The notes under the pieces were generated by a model. That model worked only from the letters and a program-made list of their open reading frames with translations. It made no database searches and was not told the origin of the DNA. Of a stretch of DNA of 64,000 bases, positions 36,115-48,289 are shown piece by piece (the first letter of the stretch is position 1; each line of letters opens with the position of its first letter). Source of the stretch: Felis catus (Eukaryota). The DNA lies in NCBI RefSeq assembly GCF_018350175.1, contig NC_058382.1, positions 54,934,001-54,998,000 of the forward strand, in the 5' to 3' direction. Both the position numbers and the translations under genes were made by a program.

Positions 36115-36451
36115 GCACTTCCCTTTTAAATGTGGGAGGAAGTTTCCTTCTAAAACAGGGCCCAGGCTGCAACGTCATGCAGGTGAAAGAGAGTGGGTTT
36201 ATTGCAGTCTCTGGTGCTGCGTGTGGTACACCTAACCTGATTACCCATTGAGCTCTCTTGTTCTCAAGGTGTGAGTTAGTGTGCGCGTGCGTGCAGGTGG
36301 GCCGGGAGGTAACCTCCTGTTTATCAACATTTCCTCCTCCAGCCAGCCTGGAACTGGCCCTCAGGCCTCAGCTTTCAGAACACACCCTCTCTGCTTGGAG
36401 TCTAGAGGCTCCCGTTTCTGCCCTGGGCACAATGCCGTGGAGCCAGGCCCA

Positions 36452-36706
36452 TGAGTGTGTGTGTGTGTGTGTTTGTATGCGTGTGGAGTGTTGCACCTGC
36501 ACACGTGTGTGTAGGGGGGTTTACGTGCATGCGTGTTTACATGTTTTGTGTGTGTGTGTGTAGGGCGTGTATGTGTGTGTGTAGATGTGTTTGTACGTGC
36601 ACGTATGTGTGTTTGTACCTGTGGGGGGTGTTTGTGTATGTTTGTGTGTGTGTGTGTGTGTTTGTACATGTATGTGGAGTGTTGTGTGCATATACACGTG
36701 TGTGTG
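36452..36706. repeat. Degenerate (TG)n-rich low-complexity tract
   Basis: Interrupted gtgt/gtat/gcgt repeats over ~250 bp. Confidence 0.9.
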
Positions 36707-37004
36707 CAGGGGGTGTCTCCAGAGTCGAGTAACTTGAGTGGCACTTAAAACTCCCCATCACCCACAGGGCGAAGTTCGCCTCCTTGTTTTCCAGGCAGAG
36801 AAGGCTGAATTTGGCCCCAAATCAATCTTTATTTTCATCTCCTGCCAGTTCCTTACCAGGCACCCTGTGCCGCAGCCGCAGACAGACAGCCTTTTCTTAT
36901 TGCCCAAAGGGCCCGTGATCGTGGGTACTTCTAGACCTTCGAGCGTGCCAGGGATCCCCATTCTGTCCTCTTTCCTGGCCCAGCTCACATGCTGTGAAAC
37001 CTCT

Positions 37005-37055
37005 GGGTCTGTCTCCACAAATTCAGAACCGCGGTGCAGCAAGGGGAGGCGATCA
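37005..37055 (-). repeat. Right arm of perfect 51-bp inverted repeat
   Basis: gggtctgtctccacaaattcagaaccgcggtgcagcaaggggaggcgatca. Confidence 0.97.
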
Positions 37056-38389
37056 CGCCTGCCCAGGCCTCGTCCTCCGTCCTCTGGGCTACTTAGCCTT
37101 CCGTGTCCTTGCAAGACATGCTCACCGCGTGCACTGTTGTATTTGATTTAATGTGTCCGTCATCCCAGCAGACGTCCTGCTACCTGAGAACAGGTACAGA
37201 GTCCGATCCGTCACCACACGCAGCACACACAGTGCCTGGGGGGGCGCCCACGCTTGGTGCTGGTCAGAGCGAAGGAGCGGACGTTCGTGTGGCGAGGCTA
37301 GAAGAGCTGCTTGGCAAACGGCATCGACATCGATCATAGTATGTGTTTATTGGGTGTTCGGTGCTGGGCCCCGTGCTAAGCACTTTACCTCAGTGAATGC
37401 GTTTAATTCAAACCACCCTGGCAGGCAGGTGCTGGAATTATCCCCCGTTTTCAGCTGGGAACGGGAGGCTCGGGAAGGAAGAGAAAGTTTACTCCGGGTC
37501 GCTCGGTTATACGCGGTGGGTCCAGGATGCTCACCGTGAAGGAGGGTAACCAGTTACCTACCACCCTGCTTCCGTTCTGGAAACCAGCCTCTCCTTGGCA
37601 CTTCTTCCACGTGACAGCGGCTTTCCAGCTCCTCTTGCCCTGCCTGCCTGCCCTCCCACGTGCCCTAGGATCTTTGCACGGGATTTCCACGTGCGGTTGC
37701 AAGTCTGGGTCTCAGCTGAATGACAGAGCACAGGGTCCCCCACAGGCCTGTAAGAGAATTCCTACATTTGCTCCAAGCGGTATCACCCCCCCTCACCGGA
37801 GGCATACCTAGTGACTGCAGGGAGAACCCATCGTGACCTACATCAGAAGGAAGTGGGGCAGCCAGTCGGGGGGAGAAACACAGATGACGCTCGCTCGCCG
37901 TGAATAACAGTGTTGCAGAACATCACAGCCACCGGTCGGGGATGAAAGGCATTGGTTGATAATAGAAGCTCACGCTCATCCTCATTGTTATAAGTTAATA
38001 ATTTTTCTGAGACCTCCTGAGGGGACCCCGCTGCCTGAGCAGGGAGGGGAGGGAACGGCGGCCCCAGGGCAAGGAGGAGTCCTGCTCTTCAACTGAGTCT
38101 AGAGCGAGCAGACTTCCCCGGCTTCTTCCCTGGCGTCAGGGGGAGAGGGAAGGACACCCGAGAAAGGACGTCTCACTCTGGTGGCGGCCGCTCACTGTGG
38201 ACACCCGGTGAGACGGAGCCCAGGATGCGGGGCCCAGACGGTCTCTGAGGTGGGAAGGAAGAACCGGGCTGGAAATCCGTTCAGGAGCCAGTCCAGCGGC
38301 CTGCTTTCTCTTCCGTCTGTTCTCCGTGGGCTTGGCGGCAAAGGGAACGAGGCTCCGAGCGGCAGGCCATGCATTCGTGCACGCGCTCA

Positions 38390-38630
38390 TCTGTTTCATT
38401 AATGTTTATTGAGGGTCTGTGTCCCAGGAAGCACGCAAAACGCTGGGGATATAGTGATGAGCAAAGGCTGTGTCCTACCCTCGCGACGCTCTCAGCCTGC
38501 TGGAGAAGACTGATGTCAGATGCTTATAATGTGGGCTGATAAAGTAGGGTGATGAACATCATTCGTTCGTTCGTTCATTCGTTCAACCAACCCGCGGGTG
38601 CCGAGCACCTACTATGCTCTGGGCATTGTT
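38390..38630 (-). mobile_element. L2 3' fragments
   Basis: aatgtttattgagg...gctggggatatagtgatgagcaaa; cattcgttcgttcgttcattcgttcaacc...gagcacctactatgc. Confidence 0.7.
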
Positions 38631-38828
38631 CTAGACCAGCGCTGCCCAATATGGTAGCCACTAGCCACATACGGCTGTTGAGAGTTAATTAAAATTAAAC
38701 AAAAGTAAAAGTTCGGTTCTTCAGATTTCAGAGACTCTGTGGCCACATGTGGGTAGTGGCTCCTGTACCGGCCAGGATGGACACAGACCATTTCCATCGT
38801 TGCGGAAAGTTGTGTTGGGCGGGCTGCA
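38631..38828. mobile_element. MER3-like hAT-Charlie element
   Basis: cagcgctgcccaatatggtagccactagccacat...ttaattaaaattaa...gccacatgtgggtagtggct...catttccatcgttgcggaaagtt. Confidence 0.85.
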
Positions 38829-39839
38829 GAGGTGAGGCGCTCGGAAAAGCTCTCTGCCCTCGGGTTCCAGATCTAGCGGCTTTGGATACAGACCGGTGTG
38901 TGTTCCTTAGCAGACGGGGTGGTAGGCGCACAGATGGGGCCGCACGGAAGCAGGGCCGAGCCTGGCCTAGAGGGAGGGATGTTTCAGTGAGGTCTGAGTC
39001 ACGTGAAGAGGGTGGGGGGCAAAAGGGGCAGGGCCCAGCGTCCCGGGAGGGAGGAGCATGTGTCCAGGCCTGGCCATTAGAAGGAGGCCGGAGAGACCGC
39101 GTGGCTGGTTGTAGGCCCCACGTGTGTTGACTGGGCCATGCGCGAGGGACCAGCTGAAGGCAGAAGAGACCAGGCCGCACAGGCTCTCCTGGGACTTTCT
39201 GCCACCCCTGAGGCCGACCCTTCCCTGGGCGTGTGGGCAGAGGGTCCTGTAACCGCATCGGCCAGACTCTTGGAAGGAAGGTCTGGTTCGAGGGGCCAAG
39301 GGTGTACATCTTGCTCAGGCTGAGCCCTGGGGACAGACTGCCCCGTCAGGCAACAGCTGAGGGTAGCAGATGGGGGATGGAGAGAGGAAGGAGGAGGGGG
39401 GAGGAAGTGCCTGCTTCGAGCTGTCTGCAGGGTCCAGCCATGGGTGTCTGTCCTCTCAGTGTCCAAGAAAACAACTTGGGAAGCAGCCCCTGCTCCCCTT
39501 GTGGGACCGCAGAAGGAAGGCAGAGGCAGCGGCTGTGATTCTGGGGCAGCCAGAGCGGATTCGACATCTCCACCCGCCTGGGACTGGGTCGTGCCCTGGG
39601 GAAGAGGGGACACTGGGAGAGTCAGGCAGCCCGTTCAGCTCCGCTCTGTCCTGTCACTGGAGCAGCTCACAGCCACAGGTCCCAGCTTCCTTCCCTGCAG
39701 TCTGGTGACAGTAATGTCATCCTGTAGGGCTGCTGGGACAGTTTTGACATAATCAGAGCCACTGGCGTTCGTGGAGGGCTTACCTTGAGCCAGGCATTGT
39801 GTTGCATCCTTCACACTAGGATCTCTTACCAGAGACCCC

Positions 39840-39980
39840 CCTGACCCATGAGGTGGCTCGTTCTCTGTGGGGGGTTGTGGGGGGGATACCCTGTTTGTGG
39901 AGGGTGTGACCTGCTAGATGCCAGTAGCACCTGCCCCAGCGTGACACCCAGCAGCGTCTCTAGACATCGCCAGATGCCCA
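39840..39980 (-). mobile_element. MER20 fragment
   Basis: ctagatgccagtagcacc...gtgacacccagcagcgtctctagacatcgccagatg. Confidence 0.8.
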
Positions 39981-40794
39981 CGGCTGAGAGCCCCATTTTA
40001 CAGACGGAGCCGGCTGCCGTCCGAGCCGAACCGTGGGCATCAGGCTTCAAACTCAGGTCTGTGTGCCTGGGCTTGGCACTCAGCCATGAACTCCATTTTA
40101 CCTTTGGCCTGGGCGGAAGGAGCGCGGCCCAGGGCCAGGCGCACAGTAGGTGGTCGGTGAGGCCTCTTCCCATGACAGAGCGCTGGTTCATTCAGTCAGA
40201 AAACCAGACCCTTTGTGCTGGCAGCTGGCAGCGCAGGGTGGGGAGGGCGGGGCCCGACCCCCAGCCTGGCCCTGACTTACCTTACTTGCTGGAACACCAC
40301 AGCCTGCTTGAGGGCGGAGGGAGCCGTTTGTACTTGACAGGCCACGATTAACCTCGCCCGGCTGGTAAATCATCCGAAGGACAGAACTTTCCCCTGGAAA
40401 ATGCCAGCCTGGCCGACGCGGGCCGTTGTTTCCCATCTGCACTTCCTCCCTCGGGCTTGGACGGCCCACCGGGTCGGGAGCCACGCAGAGGGCCGCCGCA
40501 AAATTGTGCCCGAGTAGATTTCTCCCTCTCTTTCCTGCCAGGGCTGGGCTGTGTGTGTGTGTGAGTGAGAGCGAGCGAGAGTGTGGTGGGGGTGTTGGGG
40601 AAGCAGCCCCGAGAGGCAGGCCTGAGGCCTCCTTGTTTGTTTACTGTCTTTGGAAACCACCATCAGTGATGCAATCATCCCCAGAGGGCAGAGGTGGCAA
40701 GGACTGGCCTTTGCCAAACCTGGCACTGTGGGCCTGGAGCAGGGCACGGGGTGCCGACCGGCTCCCTCGTCCCCTCTATGTCGAGGAACCGTGC

Positions 40795-40930
40795 ATGTAC
40801 ACACACATGTGCGTGCACGCTCATATTTAACACGTGCCTCTTTAACAGCGTGAGCTCTGTGTGCATGCGCGCACACACACGTGTGTGTACCTGTCTGTGC
40901 GTGTGCGTGTGTGAGTGTTGTGGTGTGTGA
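40795..40930. repeat. Degenerate alternating purine-pyrimidine (TG/CA/CG) tract
   Basis: gtgcatgcgcgcacacacacgtgtgtgtacc...gtgcgtgtgcgtgtgtgagtg. Confidence 0.8.
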
Positions 40931-42677
40931 TGTGACCCACCCGCGCCGTGGTTGTAGGGCCGAGGTCATGTCCTCCAGGCACCTGGCACGTGCCGATGTT
41001 GGCCCTTCTCCTTCGCCTCTCCTTTTCATACGCAGCGGATACACAGCTGGGTTGGACGCACAGCTTTGCCTGTTCCTGGCTGTGACCTGAGGCCAGTCAT
41101 GTGCGCGGAGTCTCAGTGTTCTCCTCTGTGAAAGGGGAGAGTTAAGGCAGCTGCGGGAGGTTGCAGTGAGGTCCACGGGTGACCGGGGTGCACCTGGCTG
41201 GGGGCCGGGCTGGGAGAGGGCAGGCCATAGACGGCTTGTCCCCCAGCTTGGGGAGGCGTGGCCTTGCCCACGGGGGGCTCAGGAGAACAGTGGGGGCTTT
41301 GGCTGCTTGCTGCTCTTGACCCTGAAAGCTTGGCGGCATCGGGTAGGACTGCATAGGCGGGTCTCACCCTACCTTCTGTGTTCTTGGTGTGGTTAGTCAC
41401 ATAGCTTCTGGTGCCAGGGGAGGCCTGAACTCAGTGGGGATTTTGTGCTCCTATGGCTTGCCTGGTCAGAGTTAGAAATTACTAGAAGGCCAAGGTCGGG
41501 GGCTCCAGAGACCCTGGTTTTGCTCACTGGTGACCACCACACTGTCATTCTTACATGAAGCTGCCGCCCTTTTCTGTGGTGACAGCCCCCGGCATTCTCC
41601 CTATTTGCCCAGGAGAGGACAAAGAATCCCACTCCCATTTTGTGCACACCGCGTGCCCCCTCCCCCCAGCTCCATCAGATAAATCCAGAGGGTTCTCAGT
41701 AACCACGGACAACGGAAAGCGAAGAAAATAGGAGTATTTTCTCTGCCTTGCCACTGTTTTCCGATTAGTCACTCCTAACTAATTAGCAAGTGACAAATGG
41801 GACAATAAAGCTCTGAAAATATCCATCGACATCCTAGAATCGCAGCCACAGACATGGCAGAGGGCCTGGCAAAGAAGCAGAGAGGGGGGAAGACATCTGT
41901 GGGAGGGAGGCACAGAGGTCCGAGGCGCTCTGGGCATGTCAGGAAGGTGGCTGCAGGTGGGCCTGAGAGACACGCGTGGGACATGTGCGGGGGTGCGGGA
42001 AACTCCCCCCCCACACACACACTGTCTGGGAGAAGTGGTTTCCCGTCACCATCATCCAGGGACACAGGTGGACGTCCCCCATCTGGTGTGGAAGTTGTCA
42101 TGGGGACCCTGGGGACTGTGTCGGGGTCTCTGGCCAGGGTGGCCTCTCTCTGAAGGCAGCTGAGACCCCTCAGGTGGACAGTGTGTGGGGGGGGCGGGTG
42201 TGTGGGGGGGCGGCAGCTGCTGCTTCCGTAGCCAGGTCCCCCCACGCCTTCTTAGGACGGCTGAGGTGGTGCCGCGACATCGGGCAGAAGATGCTCTCTG
42301 GCAGCTCTGTTGACGTGTCCGTGGAGGGTCCGCGGGGACCCGCTCCACATGGGCGGCACACGGGGGGCTGGGTGGCGGTTGTCCCAGGAGGACATGCAGC
42401 CCCCCTGCCCCGCGAAGCCCCGGGATTCCCGGGGTGCTCAGCGTTGCGGTGCCGTCCTTTGGCCTTGGAGGCCTCACGGAGTTGTCTCATGTCACCTCCT
42501 CTCATGTGTTCGGCCACAGCCCGTCCTGTCACCATGGCTTGGCTTCAAGGGGGCAGGAATCTCCATCCCTCACTACTGGGAAGGAGGAGACAACTCAGCG
42601 GCCATTGTCTCATGAATGTAGGTTCCGTGGGGCTGATTGTCGCCGGCCAGGGAGCCCGAGAGTGCCCTGCAGGGCAC

Positions 42678-42998
42678 TGTAGTTTCCTGTGGCTGGTATG
42701 ACAAGTTCCCACGAACTTGGAGGCTTAGAACCACACCAGTTTACTGTCTCACGGTTCTGGAGACCAGAAGTCCGACATGGGTCGTCCCCAGGCTGCCTGC
42801 GTCCCCAGGCTCACGATGGCACTGCTCCCGCTCTCCGCCTCTGCCCCTCCTCCCTCCCTCTTACAGGGACCTTCTGAGGCCACGGGGCCCACAGGGTAGC
42901 CCAGCATCACCCCCATCTCGGCAGAGTATTCACAGGTTCTGGGGATTCAGATGTGGACACCTTGGGGGGCCTGGGGGGGCGTGGTTCTGCTGACCACA
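42678..42998 (-). mobile_element. MLT1 LTR remnant
   Basis: tgtagtttcctgtggctggtatgacaagttccc...ctcacggttctggagaccagaagtcc...attcacaggttctggggattcagatgtggacac. Confidence 0.85.
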
Positions 42999-45900
42999 GC
43001 GGGCCAGCCCTGGCACGAGAGACCCAGATCCCTCCCGCCCCCACATGTCCCCCCATTTCCGCCAGACACTGTGCCGGGGCTGGGGGTGACTAGGTCCCTG
43101 CCCTCACAGAGTTTCCAGTCCGTCCCAGAGGGGAGGCCGACGTGAACGGGAGTTTCCACGGGCAGGCGAGTTTTATCGGGTGACCCGGTCTCCTCCTCCA
43201 GGGCTGCGGGAAGCGACTCGTCAGCTGTGGTCTGAGGGAGGAGGAGGGTGAGGGAAGTCAGCCGGGAGCACAGACCTACAGATGGGTCTCGGCACCCGGG
43301 GCCTGAACTCCCTGTTGCTGGAAATCCCTCCTCGTTTTTGTCCGCCGTGGTGGCGCCTGCTCTGTCCTTGGACCCTCCGCCCGCTGGTTTTCTGGAAGGT
43401 GGGAGGGGTCGGCTCCCTCCCTGCCCTGGTCTCTGGCCCAGCGGCCGTGCCTCCAGGAGGCTGCCTGGACGTGGCTGCAGCGATGTGGGAAATAGGACCC
43501 AGGACCATATTTGCAAAAGCAACAGAGTTGAAAGCTGGGCGGGCAGGCTGGGTTCAGCTGTTTGCACTGGGGGAAGCGCTGGCCTCAGAGATGCCTTCTT
43601 CCTCCTCCGGCCAGAAAGGGAGGTTGTTTCAGACTCTCTGATGAGGAGCATCTATTCCAAACAAACCCTGCTGCCCGTCCGGTGCCAGCCTGGAACAGGG
43701 AAGGCGACTGTGACACGCCGGGCCGCCCCTTCACGGCGGTGGGTGAGGTTGCTCAGGCCAGCGGTGGGGGTGGGGGTGGGGGGTGGGGAGCAGGACCTCA
43801 AGTCCAGCCTTGAGATAAAAGCCGGGCACGCTCCCGCCGGCTGCGGACACACCTCCCCTCCCCGCCCCGGAGATGCCATTGTGTCTTGTCTTTCCTGCGC
43901 CCTCGCCTCTCGCCAGAAGCTGTGGGTCGCACAGCCGACGTTCTTCTCTGGGGTGGAAAAAATCAGAGAATGAAGTACGAGCTTCTGATTAGCAGAGACA
44001 GAAAAATCACTGGCGGGGGGGGTCCCTGTGCTGCAGCCTCCCCAGGTCCCCTTGCTGTCACATGCCCGCACTCCTCGGCCTTCCAGCACCCTCTGGGCTC
44101 TGGACGCAGTGGGCAAGGGCGTCCGGTGGGCTGTGAGCAGCAAGGTGGGTTGCCACGTCATACTCGGTCCTGGGCCGGGAGGCGGAGGCTGCCTCCCCAG
44201 CTCGTGGGTGTGACGCGGCCCTCTGAGCGTGCCACTTGGGAACCGAAGTAAATAGTTGCTAAGTTAATTGTCTTCCTTGCTGAGCTCAGCGAGGGCAGAG
44301 ACCCTAGGACGTAATCGGCACCCAGGAAGTGTGTACGTTGAGTGGAACCTACCTTCGCTGTAAGAATTGAGTTTTACCTCTGAATTAACAAGTTCTAGGT
44401 GTGTAGTTTAACCTCAGAGGAAATACCCTTCTCTTCCAAAGGTATTTCTACCTACTGTTCTGTAACTGAGCTCATTTAATGCAAAGAGAAGCGAAGGAGC
44501 AGGGGGATTCAGAGGAATCTCCTGCATCAGCCGGATGTACAGCAGACTAGTGGTGGTAAGTGGGGCATCTGTTCCACTGCTTTCCACAGGTGTGCCCGGG
44601 GCAGACGTCAGTAATCAATCACCACCCTTTCCACTTGAGCCCCGATGCGGCTGCAGAATCCTTCCCAACTCACTTCCAGGAAGCCACCTCCAGGCATCTG
44701 AGAGGTCTGCAAAATCCCGAATTGGCAGATAGGTCCACGTAATCTAATGCATCTCATACCTTCTACCCGGATTTCTACTCTGACTCAGGACAGTCGCCGT
44801 ACTTTCTCGTTTTCTTCATTCCCTAGCATCAACAAGTGTCTGTCCTCCTGCAGCCGCTTTACGGGCGGAATAACCCTGGTCAGGCCACTTCATTCTTCCG
44901 TGGCGCTCAGGCCCTTGTCTGTAGATTGGAGGGAATCGTACACCTGGCAAGACTCCGTGAGACCCAAGCAAAGCACAGAACGCTTAGCACAGTGCCCGCT
45001 AGCACCTAATGGCACTCAAGAAACGACCACAGCCTTAAAATACCTTTGTCCCCCATCTGGGGCGGGGTGGGGGGGGCAGATTGAGCCCCTGGCCGCAGGT
45101 GGTGCTGGGCTGGAAGGGCCCAGGGGCGCCCAGCCCTTCCCAGAGGCAGTAAGCGTTCCCCAGCCTCTGGCAAGCCCTCCTCAGCAAAGTCCTGCAACGG
45201 GAGGGCCACCCTCTCTTGCCCTGGTGCCTCACCCCTGCATTCACAGTCCCAGGGGTCCACCCCAGGGGGCCTTGTCTCAGGTCTGCCGCATCCAGCAAAA
45301 AGCCAGAGCCAGAAGAAAGCCCGTCATTTCCCCTCTTGCAGAAATCCACAAGAAGTATTTCCAATGTTGTCATAGTTATAATAAGCAGCAGGCATCATCC
45401 AGGGAGGGGAAACGTGACGGAGCAGTGCGGAAAAAAATACCCTTGGTTCCTTTATCTCCAGAGTGGTCTCTGTGGCTCTGGAGAAATCAGGGTTCCCCTG
45501 GGCTTAGGTGGGAACAGTTTTCTCCTTTCTGACTTAGCTTGAGGGCACAGAACTACACCCCAGTGGGGGACACACAGACCTGGTGACCGTACGGACTTGC
45601 AAACATCGCTGCCAGGCCTCCCCAGGGGGGGGGGGGGCGTCCTCCGGCAGATCCGAGCGGGTCCCTGCAGGCCCCAGGTCCCCTGAATGGAAAGGGCCTG
45701 CCAGGCAGGAAGTAGGTGGGGAGGGCACCTGGCTGAGAAGGCCCGGGGCCCCTCTGTGGCGCCTGCTGCTGTTACAGGCAGCTGGTCAGGGGCGTTACCT
45801 GGGCAGGTGTGTTTCGTCTTCCTTGCCCCTGCCGGTCCCTGTTTGTCCCTGGGTTCAGATCCCTCGGCCTTCTCCAGAACTCCACGTGCCCGACGTTGCT

Positions 45901-47520
45901 TCAGGAGCTCCCATAGCCACGATTTCGTGTCAGGAGCCCGGCCACCCTGGCAGTGCACGTATCTACCAACCCTGCGTTGCTAGACTGGCTCTCAGAGGGC
46001 TGAAGCCACTGGCCTGAGGCCACACAGCTCCTAAGTGACAGAGCCAGAATGTGCCCCCAGTCCTCCGATTCTGGTGCATGTGCAGTGGGGCCGTGTGGCC
46101 TCCTCACGACACACATTGGACCTTTGCCAGAACTTTGCCTGGATGAATAAATAAAACCAGCGGTAGGGAAGAAACTCAAAAATTAAGACGCCAGCAGTAT
46201 GAAATCTGGGAGGTAGATTTGACGTGGGTCATTGTTGAGAGAAGGACTGCCTTCCTGGCCCTTCCCTGCAGCCCCATGGCCTTAGAACAGCTGTCTGCGC
46301 CTCGCCGACCCTCTGCCCCTGTCCTGCAGGGGTCCCGGAACCCCCCTCCTGCCCTGATCCATCCGTGACCATGCACGCTAGAGCCGGTGAAACCGCTGGG
46401 GGGCAATTATTGCCACTGGGGCTGTCCTGAAGGGGGGGCCTGATTCCTGCCAAGTGATTGTTCCTCCTGGACCTTGTTTTCCTCACCTCTGACGCGGTTC
46501 AGCAGTAAAATAAATGTCTACAGCTGGGAACCACGAAGGTAACAGCCAGGAGGTAAACCTTGTCACGCAGTAAGTGCTTAATAAATAGGAGCTTCTTACT
46601 GGCTGTCCTTTATTTCTCTTGCGACTTGAGTACAGTCCCTGCCAACTAGAAGCACCGTCTCCTCTGCCTTCAGCCTTTGTTTCCCTGAAAAACGCAGACC
46701 CGGCGAGGAGCCGGGAATCCAGCGGGGGAGGCATCTCGTTGGGGTCGGAACTTGGGTTCCGGAGTCACCCCGGCCACACACATCTGCACGTCTGTGACCT
46801 TTGGCAAGCCACATCTCTAGTCTTGGCCTCGGTTTCCGCGGCTGGAGGACGGGGGGTCATTTTGCTACCGCCCCTGTGGTCTCTTTCACAGTCTCACCAA
46901 AACCTCGTCAGGTGCCGCGGCCCAGCGTCCGGCACGCCGTGGGTGCCCAGTGAGGACTCTTCTTGGCAGGACGTTGCGGATATCTTGGTGGATGTCGTTG
47001 CTGCCAGTCTCGTGTGTGTGGAGTGCGTATGTGTGTGTCCACGTGTGCGTTTGGGTCGGGGGGGGGCTGCCTGTCAGAGCCCTTCTCTGGGAAGGGAGTC
47101 ACGCTCTTCCCGCCCTTGCTCCAAGAGCCCCCGCTTTGCCAGAGCCACCAGGCGGCGTCATCTGGAGGGTCAGGAAGGTGTGGGTCTGCCCACCACTGGG
47201 GCACAGCCCTTTCAAGGAGGCAGGGGCTGCCTGGGGGCTGGGAAGATCCTGCTGTGGTGTCTCCACTATGGCCCTGCCTTCCGATACAACCCGGGCCAGG
47301 GACCTGAAGAGCGAAGCCGGCCCCTTACCTGGCCACAGCTCATCTTAGTGTGCTGTCAGAGGCCCATTCTACCTGCTGGACCCCCCGCCCCCCGGGGGCT
47401 GGGATGCCTCAGAGAGCAAGGCAAATGCGGCTCAGTACGGAAGGGCCAGCGGCTGGCTAGGGACGCAGGCGTTGAATGTGTTAGAAGGGGACGTCTGCTC
47501 TAGAAGCTGTCTGTGGCCTT

Positions 47521-47863
47521 CGGTTGCTCCTACCCTTTGGCCGGATACCCTTTGGTGCCCTTTGGCTCCTACCCTTTAATGGATAATGCTGCGGTGAACG
47601 TGGGGGCGTGGCTACCTCCTCGGGTCCCTGCTGTCGACTCTCCTGGGCAGGTGCCTAGCTGCTGGCTCAGGTGGTAATTCTGTTGTTGAATTTGGGGGGG
47701 AATCTCCTAAGCGGTTTCCTGCAGCGGCTGCCCCGTTTTGCATTCCCACCAGCAGCGCGCAAGACTCCGGGGCCTCCGCGCCCCCTCGGCTTGTTATTTT
47801 CTGGTCTTCTCGTAGTAGCCACCTCGATGGGTGTGGAGCGTCCTCTCCTTGTGGGTTTTGATT
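47521..47863 (-). mobile_element. L1 fragment (ORF2 end), antisense
   Basis: ataatgctgcggtgaacgtggg...tttgcattcccaccagcag...gccacctcgatgggtgtgg...ttgtgggttttgatt. Confidence 0.8.
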
Positions 47864-48065
47864 CGTGGTTACCCCGGGGCCAGGGCTGGTGAATGGGGAG
47901 CTCGTGTGTAATGGGGACGGGGTTTCAGGTTGGGAGGGTGAGAAGGTTCCAGAGATGGACGGTGGTGGCTTTGGCACAACAGTGGGGAAGGATTTAATGC
48001 TGCTGTGCGGTACACTTAAAGATGGTTAAAACCGTAAACTTTATGTTACGTATATTTGACCACAA
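47860..48065 (+). mobile_element. L1MB-type 3' terminus, sense
   Basis: gtggttacc...aaggttccagagatggacggtggtgg...tacacttaaagatggttaaaa...ttatgttacgtatatttgaccacaa. Confidence 0.85.
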
Positions 48066-48266
48066 TTTTTTAATGCTTATTCATTTTGAGAGAGCAAGAG
48101 AGAGCATGAGCAGGGGAGGGGCGGAGAGAGAGGGAGACAGAATCCCAAGCAGGCTGTGCACCTTCAGCACGGAGCCCGATGTGAGGCTCAAATCCGCGAA
48201 CCGTGAGATCATGACCTGGCCAGAATCGAGTCGGATGCTTAACCCACTAAGGCACCCAGGTGCCCC
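48066..48266 (-). mobile_element. CAN-SINE (SINEC_Fc-type)
   Basis: gagagcatgagcaggggaggggcggagagagagggagacagaatccc...cacccaggtgcccc; TSD acca(c)a/gattttt. Confidence 0.93.
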
Positions 48267-48289
48267 ACCACGATTTTTTAAAAAAAGGA

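Noticed and set aside
41696..41716. RE1/REST-like ctcagtaaccacggacaac
   Set aside because: Extra base and mismatches in both half-sites relative to TTCAGCACCACGGACAGC.
40370..45532. Several 230-270-aa ORFs (40370-, 41976+, 42947-, 43248+, 44747+)
   Set aside because: Overlapping frames on both strands in stop-poor GC-rich DNA; no domain or exon structure recognised.
46619..47503. Longest ORF (294 aa, +)
   Set aside because: Starts at TTG rather than ATG, has a G/P/R/S/C-rich composition typical of GC-rich non-coding DNA, and shows no recognisable domain.
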